DNA from: Thermoanaerobaculia bacterium
Lineage (GTDB): Bacteria > Acidobacteriota > Thermoanaerobaculia > UBA5066
DNA: 64,000 nucleotides
Direction: 5' to 3'
Assembly (NCBI GenBank): GCA_963809425.1
Contig: CAWEJK010000009.1
Span: forward strand, 150,526 to 214,525
The notes below the pieces were generated by a model. That model did not search any database, had not been told where the DNA came from, and saw only the letters and a list, made by a program, of their open reading frames with translations. Positions 57,871 through 64,000 of the stretch are shown here, one piece after another (the first letter of the stretch is position 1; each line of letters opens with the position of its first letter). A program made the translations under genes and the position numbers.

Positions 57871-59403
57871 TCACCCCAGGAACAGCCGATACGCCGGGTT
57901 CCGGCTCTCGTCCCAGTGCCGGTAGCCCAGCTCCGCGAGGAACCGGCCGAACTTCCGGTCGTCCTTGCGGGGGACCTGGATCCCCGCGAGGACCCGCCCG
58001 TAGTCGGCCCCGTGGTTCCGGTAGTGGAACAGGCTGATGTTCCAGCCGCCCCGCATGCGGTCCAGGAACTTCAGCAGGGCGCCGGGGCGCTCGGGGAACT
58101 CGAACCGGAAGAGCCGCTCGTCGCGCGCGAGAGGAGCGCGCCCCCCGACGAGGTGCCGGACGTGGAGCTTCGCCATCTCGTTGTCGGAAAGGTCGAGCGC
58201 GGGAAGGCCGTGGCGCCTCAGCGCCGCGAGAAGCGCGCGCGTCTGGTCCTGGTTCTCGACCTGGACGCCCACGAAGACGTGCGCGCGCGCCGGGTCCGCG
58301 TACCGGTAGTTGAACTCGGTGATGTTGCGAGGCCCCACGACGGCGCAGAACTCCCGGAAGCTGCCCGGCCGCTCCGGGATCGTGACGGCCAGAATCGCCT
58401 CGCGCCGCTCGCCCAGCTCGGCCCGCTCGGCCACGTGGCGAAGCCCGTCGAAGTTCATGTTCGCGCCCGACGCGATCGCGACGAGAGTCCGGCCCTTCGC
58501 GCGGCGGCGCTCCGCCCAGGCCTTCAGCCCCGCGACGGAGAGCGCTCCGGCCGGCTCCAGGATCGACCGCGTGTCCTCGAACACGTCCTTGATGGCCGCG
58601 CAGATCGCGTCGGTGTCCACGACGATGACCTCGTCCACGAGGTCGCGGCAGAGCCGGAACGTCTCGCGGCCCACCCGGCGAACGGCCACGCCGTCCGCGA
58701 AGAGGCCGACGGTCTCGAGCCGGACCCGGCGCCCGGCCTCGAGCGAGCGGCGCATCGCGTCCGCGTCCACGGGCTCGACGCCGATCACGCGCGTCGCCGG
58801 GCTGAGCCGCTTCACCCAGGCCGCAACACCCGCGATGAGCCCGCCGCCGCCCACGGGCACGAAGACGGCGTCGATCCCGGCGGGCCGCTGCCTCAGGATC
58901 TCCATCCCGACCGTCCCCTGCCCGGCGATGACGTCGGGATCGTCGTAGGGGTGGACGAACGTCCTCCGCCCCTTGCGCGCGAGGCGCCGCGCCTCCGCGT
59001 AAGCCTCGTCGTACGAGTCGCCCGTCAGGATCACGCGCGCGCCCCGCGCGGCCACGGCGTCCACCTTGATGCGGGGTGTCGTGACCGGCATGACGATCGT
59101 GGCCGAGCACCCCAGCTTCGCCGCCGCGAGCGCCACGCCCTGCGCGTGGTTGCCCGCCGACGCCGCGATCACGCCGCGCGCGAGCGCCGCTGGCGGCAGG
59201 CGGCACATCCTGTTGTAGGCGCCGCGCAGCTTGAAGGAGAAGACGGGCTGCAGGTCCTCGCGCTTGAGCAGCACCGTCTGGCCCGTCCTCCGCGACAGGA
59301 GAGGAGCGACCTCGAGCGGCGTCTCCATCGCGACGTCGTAGACGCGCGCCGCGAGGATCTTCTCGAGATACTCCTCGCCCGTCCTCCGGGAGGACCGTCG
59401 CAC
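57871..59403 (-). CDS. ilvA: Threonine ammonia-lyase, biosynthetic
   Basis: Motifs KREDLQPVFSFKLRGA, SAGNHAQG, VGGGGL, SGANMNF, EFPERPGAL and FHYRNHGAD. Start uncertain. Confidence 0.95.
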   Translation of the reverse strand: MRRSSRRTGEEYLEKILAARVYDVAMETPLEVAPLLSRRTGQTVLLKREDLQPVFSFKLRGAYNRMCRLPPAALARGVIAASAGNHAQGVALAAAKLGCSATIVMPVTTPRIKVDAVAARGARVILTGDSYDEAYAEARRLARKGRRTFVHPYDDPDVIAGQGTVGMEILRQRPAGIDAVFVPVGGGGLIAGVAAWVKRLSPATRVIGVEPVDADAMRRSLEAGRRVRLETVGLFADGVAVRRVGRETFRLCRDLVDEVIVVDTDAICAAIKDVFEDTRSILEPAGALSVAGLKAWAERRRAKGRTLVAIASGANMNFDGLRHVAERAELGERREAILAVTIPERPGSFREFCAVVGPRNITEFNYRYADPARAHVFVGVQVENQDQTRALLAALRRHGLPALDLSDNEMAKLHVRHLVGGRAPLARDERLFRFEFPERPGALLKFLDRMRGGWNISLFHYRNHGADYGRVLAGIQVPRKDDRKFGRFLAELGYRHWDESRNPAYRLFLG

Positions 59404-59420
59404 CGGCGCTGCCGCCGGGC

Positions 59421-60434
59421 TCAGCCGCGCCGTCCGCTGGCGAACCGGGCGGGAGGCGGCAGCGCCGCCGCCTCGCGGACCCACGTGCACCATTCGTTCG
59501 AGCGCGGATGCTCGCCCCGCACGGCGGCGTGGAAGACCTTCTGGAGCTTGCGCGTGACGGGTCCCGCCGTGCCCCGGCCGATTTTGCGGAAGTCGATCTC
59601 GCGGAGCGCGATGCACTCGGCCGCCGTGCCGCTCACGAAGACCTCGTCCGCGACGTAGAGCTGGTCGCGCGAGACGGGCCGCTCGACGACGGGGAATCCG
59701 AGCTCCCCCGCGAGCGTGATGAGCGCGTCGCGCGTGATGCCCTCCAGGATCGGCGCCGAAGGCGAGGTGACGATCGTGCCGTTCTTCACGAGGAAGAGGT
59801 TCTCCCCCGTGCACTCGGCCACGTAGCCCTGCGGGTCGAGCATGATCGCCTCGTCGAAACCGAGCCGCACCGACTCGGTCTTCGCGAGGAAGCTGTTCGC
59901 GTAGCTGCCGCTGATCTTCGCCTTCGTCATCGTGACGTTCGGGTGGTGGCGCGTGAAGGACGACACGTTCGCGCGCACGCCTTTCTCGAGAGCCTCGGCC
60001 CCGAGGTAGTTCTTCCACTGCCACGCGGCGATGCCGATGGCCGGCGCGCCGCCGTCGAGGTTGAGGTTCCAGCCGCCGCCGGAGCCGCCGCTCGCGAGAT
60101 AGAGGAGCGGCCGGATGTAGCAGTCGTCGAAGCCGTTGCGGGAGACGAGCTCCGTGCAGGCCTCGGCGATCTGCTCCTCGGCGAACGGAAGCTCCTTGAA
60201 GCCGAGACAATAGGCGGAGTGGAAGAAGCGCGCGATGTGCTCCTTCAGTCGGAAGATCGCCGGCCCGCGCGCCGTCCCGTAGCAGCGGATTCCTTCGAAC
60301 ACGCCGATCCCGTAGTGCAGGCCCGGCGTCATGAAATGCAGCGTCGCCTTCTCGTAGTCGACGAACTCCCCGTTCAGCCAGATCGTTTTCGATTCCATTC
60401 CCGTCTTCGCTTCCATCGCCGCCTTCGCTTCCAC
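59421..60434 (-). CDS. ilvE: Branched-chain amino acid aminotransferase
   Basis: Motifs LHYG..VFEGIR, YIRP, KAKISG.Y.NS, ECTGENLF, ILEGITR and GTAAE. Confidence 0.95.
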   Translation of the reverse strand: MEAKAAMEAKTGMESKTIWLNGEFVDYEKATLHFMTPGLHYGIGVFEGIRCYGTARGPAIFRLKEHIARFFHSAYCLGFKELPFAEEQIAEACTELVSRNGFDDCYIRPLLYLASGGSGGGWNLNLDGGAPAIGIAAWQWKNYLGAEALEKGVRANVSSFTRHHPNVTMTKAKISGSYANSFLAKTESVRLGFDEAIMLDPQGYVAECTGENLFLVKNGTIVTSPSAPILEGITRDALITLAGELGFPVVERPVSRDQLYVADEVFVSGTAAECIALREIDFRKIGRGTAGPVTRKLQKVFHAAVRGEHPRSNEWCTWVREAAALPPPARFASGRRG

Positions 60435-60449
60435 TTCCGCCTCCTCCGT

Positions 60450-61545
<1,096 letters not shown>

Positions 61546-61546
61546 G

Positions 61547-62809
61547 TCAGACCCCGTGGCCGTAGCCCGCTTCGTCGGCGGCCGGCGCCTCGTCGCGGAA
61601 CGTGAAAGCCGCGGGCAACTGCGCGCGCGACGCGGCGCGCTTCATGGCGCCCCAGAGGTCGAGGAGGTCGTGGTCGTGGACGGTCTTCTTGCGGTCCGCG
61701 AGCGCGATCATCCGCTTGTAGAGCTCGTCGAGCTCGAGGCGCGTGGGCTCGATCCGGATGGCGGCGCAGCGATTCTTCAGCGCGTGACGCCCGGAGTGCT
61801 TGCCGAGGACGAGCGTCGTCTCCGGGACGCCGACGTCCTCCGGCCGCATGATCTCGTAGGTCCTTCGGTCCTTGAGGATGCCGTCCTGGTGGATGCCGGC
61901 CTCGTGCGCGAAGGCGTTCCGGCCGACGACGGCCTTGTTCGACTGGACGGCCTCGCCCGTGATCTCCGCGAGCAGCTGGCTCGACGAGAAGAGCTCCGGC
62001 GTCACGATGCCGGTCGTGAACGGCAGCTTGTCGGGCCGCACGCGGAGCGCCATGACGATCTCCTCGAGCGACGCGTTCCCGGCGCGCTCGCCGATGCCGT
62101 TCACCGTGCACTCGAGCTGGCGGCATCCGCCCTCCAGCGCCGCGAGGCTGTTCGCGACGGCGAGGCCGAGGTCGTTGTGGCAGTGCGCCGAGAAGACGAC
62201 ACGGTCCGATCCCCGGACGCGCGCCCGCACGGTCCGGAAGAACCGGACGACCTCGTCGGGCGTCGCGTACCCGACGGTGTCCGGGAGGTTCACGGTCGTC
62301 GCGCCGGCCCCGACGACCGCCTCCACGACGGCGACGAGGAAGTCGAGATCGCTGCGCGTCGCGTCCTCGGCCGAGAACTCCACGTCGTTCACGTAGCGGC
62401 GGGCGCGCCGCACGGCCGCGGTCGCGTGCTCGAGGCATTCGGCGCGCGACATCCGGAGCTTGTGCTCGAGGTGGAGGTCGGACGTCGCGATGAACGTGTG
62501 GATCCGCGGCTTCGCCGCGCCCTCGAGAGCCGCCGCCGCGCGGTCGATGTCGGCGTCCACGGAACGCGCGAGCGCCGCGATGACCGGGCGCCGCACCTCG
62601 CGCGCGACGGCCCGGACGGAGTTGAAGTCGTCCTCGGAAGCGATCGGGAAGCCCGCCTCCATCACGTCCACGCCGAGGGCGTCGAGCTTCCGCGCGAGGC
62701 GCACCTTCTCGGCCTCGCGCATCGAGAAGCCCGGCGCCTGCTCGCCGTCGCGGAGCGTCGTGTCGAAGATCGTGATGCGGGCCGGAACGGGAGGCTCCTG
62801 GTCGCTCAT
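61547..62809 (-). CDS. leuA: 2-isopropylmalate synthase, short form
   Basis: Motifs [34 protein letters not shown] and LGKHSGR; ends without the C-terminal regulatory domain. Confidence 0.93.
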   Translation of the reverse strand: MSDQEPPVPARITIFDTTLRDGEQAPGFSMREAEKVRLARKLDALGVDVMEAGFPIASEDDFNSVRAVAREVRRPVIAALARSVDADIDRAAAALEGAAKPRIHTFIATSDLHLEHKLRMSRAECLEHATAAVRRARRYVNDVEFSAEDATRSDLDFLVAVVEAVVGAGATTVNLPDTVGYATPDEVVRFFRTVRARVRGSDRVVFSAHCHNDLGLAVANSLAALEGGCRQLECTVNGIGERAGNASLEEIVMALRVRPDKLPFTTGIVTPELFSSSQLLAEITGEAVQSNKAVVGRNAFAHEAGIHQDGILKDRRTYEIMRPEDVGVPETTLVLGKHSGRHALKNRCAAIRIEPTRLELDELYKRMIALADRKKTVHDHDLLDLWGAMKRAASRAQLPAAFTFRDEAPAADEAGYGHGV

Positions 62810-62810
62810 G

Positions 62811-63824
62811 TCAGGCCACCTTGTCCACGACGACCGGGTTCAGGAACGGCATCTTCGCGCGCAGCTCCACCCCGACTTTCTCGATGAGCTGGCCCCTCTC
62901 CCTCTCGCGGGTCGCCTCGAACTCGGGGCGCCCGTTCCGGTTCTCCTCGATCCACTTCTCGGCGTAGACACCGTCCTGGATCTCCTGGAGGATCTTCTTC
63001 ATCTCGCCGCGGGTCGCCTCGGTCACGATGCGCGGGCCGGCCGTGTAGTCGCCGTGCTCGGCCGTGTCGCTGATCGAGTAGCGCATGTAGTTCAGGCCGC
63101 CGCGGTACATGAGGTCCACGATGAGCTTCAGCTCGTGCAGGCATTCGAAGTACGCGATCTCCGGCTGGTAGCCCGCGTCGACGAGCGTCTGGAAGCCGGC
63201 CTTCACGAGCGCGGACGTGCCGCCGCAGAGGACCGCCTGCTCGCCGAAGAGATCCGTCTCGGTCTCCTCGGCGAAGGTCGTCTCCAGGACTCCCGCGCGC
63301 GTCGCGCCGAGCGCCTTCGCGTACGCGAGCGCGTCCTCGCGCGCGTGGCCGCTCGCGTTCTGCTCGACCGCGAGGAGCGCGGGCGTGCCCTCGCCTTCCA
63401 CGAACAGCTCGCGCACGCGGTGGCCCGGCGCCTTCGGGGCGACCATCGAGACGTCCACGTCGGCGGACGGCACGATCTGTCCGAAGCGGATGTTGAAGCC
63501 GTGCGCGAACATGAGCGTCTTTCCGGCTTTCATGTGCGGCGCGACGGACGAGTCGTAGAGCTTCTTCTGGCCCGTGTCCGGCGTCAGGATCATGACGACG
63601 TCGGCGCGCTTCGCGGCCTCGTCCACGCTCAGCACGGTCAGCCCGTCCGCCCTCGCCTTCGCGGCGGACTTCGACGTCGCGTGGAGCCCGACGACCACGG
63701 ACACGCCGCTGTCCCTGAGGTTCAGCGCGTGCGCGTGACCCTGGCTGCCGTACCCGATGATCGCGACCGTCCGCCCCTTGAGGCGGGAAATGTCGGCGTC
63801 CTTGTCGTACCAGATCGTGGCCAT
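62811..63824 (-). CDS. ilvC: Ketol-acid reductoisomerase
   Basis: Motifs [29 protein letters not shown] and SISDTAEHG. Confidence 0.97.
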   Translation of the reverse strand: MATIWYDKDADISRLKGRTVAIIGYGSQGHAHALNLRDSGVSVVVGLHATSKSAAKARADGLTVLSVDEAAKRADVVMILTPDTGQKKLYDSSVAPHMKAGKTLMFAHGFNIRFGQIVPSADVDVSMVAPKAPGHRVRELFVEGEGTPALLAVEQNASGHAREDALAYAKALGATRAGVLETTFAEETETDLFGEQAVLCGGTSALVKAGFQTLVDAGYQPEIAYFECLHELKLIVDLMYRGGLNYMRYSISDTAEHGDYTAGPRIVTEATRGEMKKILQEIQDGVYAEKWIEENRNGRPEFEATRERERGQLIEKVGVELRAKMPFLNPVVVDKVA

Positions 63825-63878
63825 CTCAAACTCCCTTTGCGTATCGCCTGTCGTTTCCTGCTGCGTTCTCGCGCGCCG

Positions 63879-64000
63879 TCAGGCCCTTTTTTCCTTGAAA
63901 GTGAAGAGGGATTCGGGCGAAGCGAACGCGCGGGCCTCGCCGAAATCGCGAACGCCGTGCACGTCGACGAGTCGCATCAATTGCTTTCTCAGAAGATCCG
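63879..64000 (-). CDS. ilvN: C-terminus of a probable acetolactate synthase small subunit (partial)
   Basis: Hand translation DLLRKQLMRLVDVHGVRD...KRA* resembles the KQL.KL.DV end of the ACT domain; lies just upstream of ilvC. Confidence 0.6.
   Translation of the reverse strand, partial: DLLRKQLMRLVDVHGVRDFGEARAFASPESLFTFKEKRA

Overview
High-GC (roughly 70% by eye) bacterial chromosomal window from a diderm organism, tentatively Acidobacteriota (inference only). In order it holds: partial pilM, rel (RelA/SpoT), dedA, a DAACS symporter and a glucosylglycerate/mannosylglycerate-type compatible-solute cluster; a long minus-strand unit (outer-membrane barrel, tgt, yajC, an Mre11-like nuclease plus membrane-anchored SMC/Rad50-like ATPase, secD, secF); folK, cysE, an ECF sigma/anti-sigma pair, an OPT transporter, DNA-repair genes and mnmA; a small NHLP-like gene heading a TolC-RND-HlyD-ABC exporter operon; an accessory block with a Mn riboswitch and exporter, nrfHA, fic and a cytochrome b/c plus FG-GAP/TPR unit; and an ilv/leu cluster. 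Four single-base frameshifts are probably assembly errors. No CRISPR array, rRNA, canonical tRNA or transposase was seen. The most unusual signals are: (1) an AT-rich motif TTCTNAGAA(A/G)G with a purine tail, recurring mostly as convergent pairs about 100-230 bp apart, even inside genes; (2) DNA-handling modules inside the tgt-yajC-secDF locus, including a ComEA-like helix-hairpin-helix insert in SecF; (3) a structured secD leader that hides the RBS and start codon; and (4) a putative di-heme b plus penta-heme c protein next to a His-ligated (CxxCH) NrfA.
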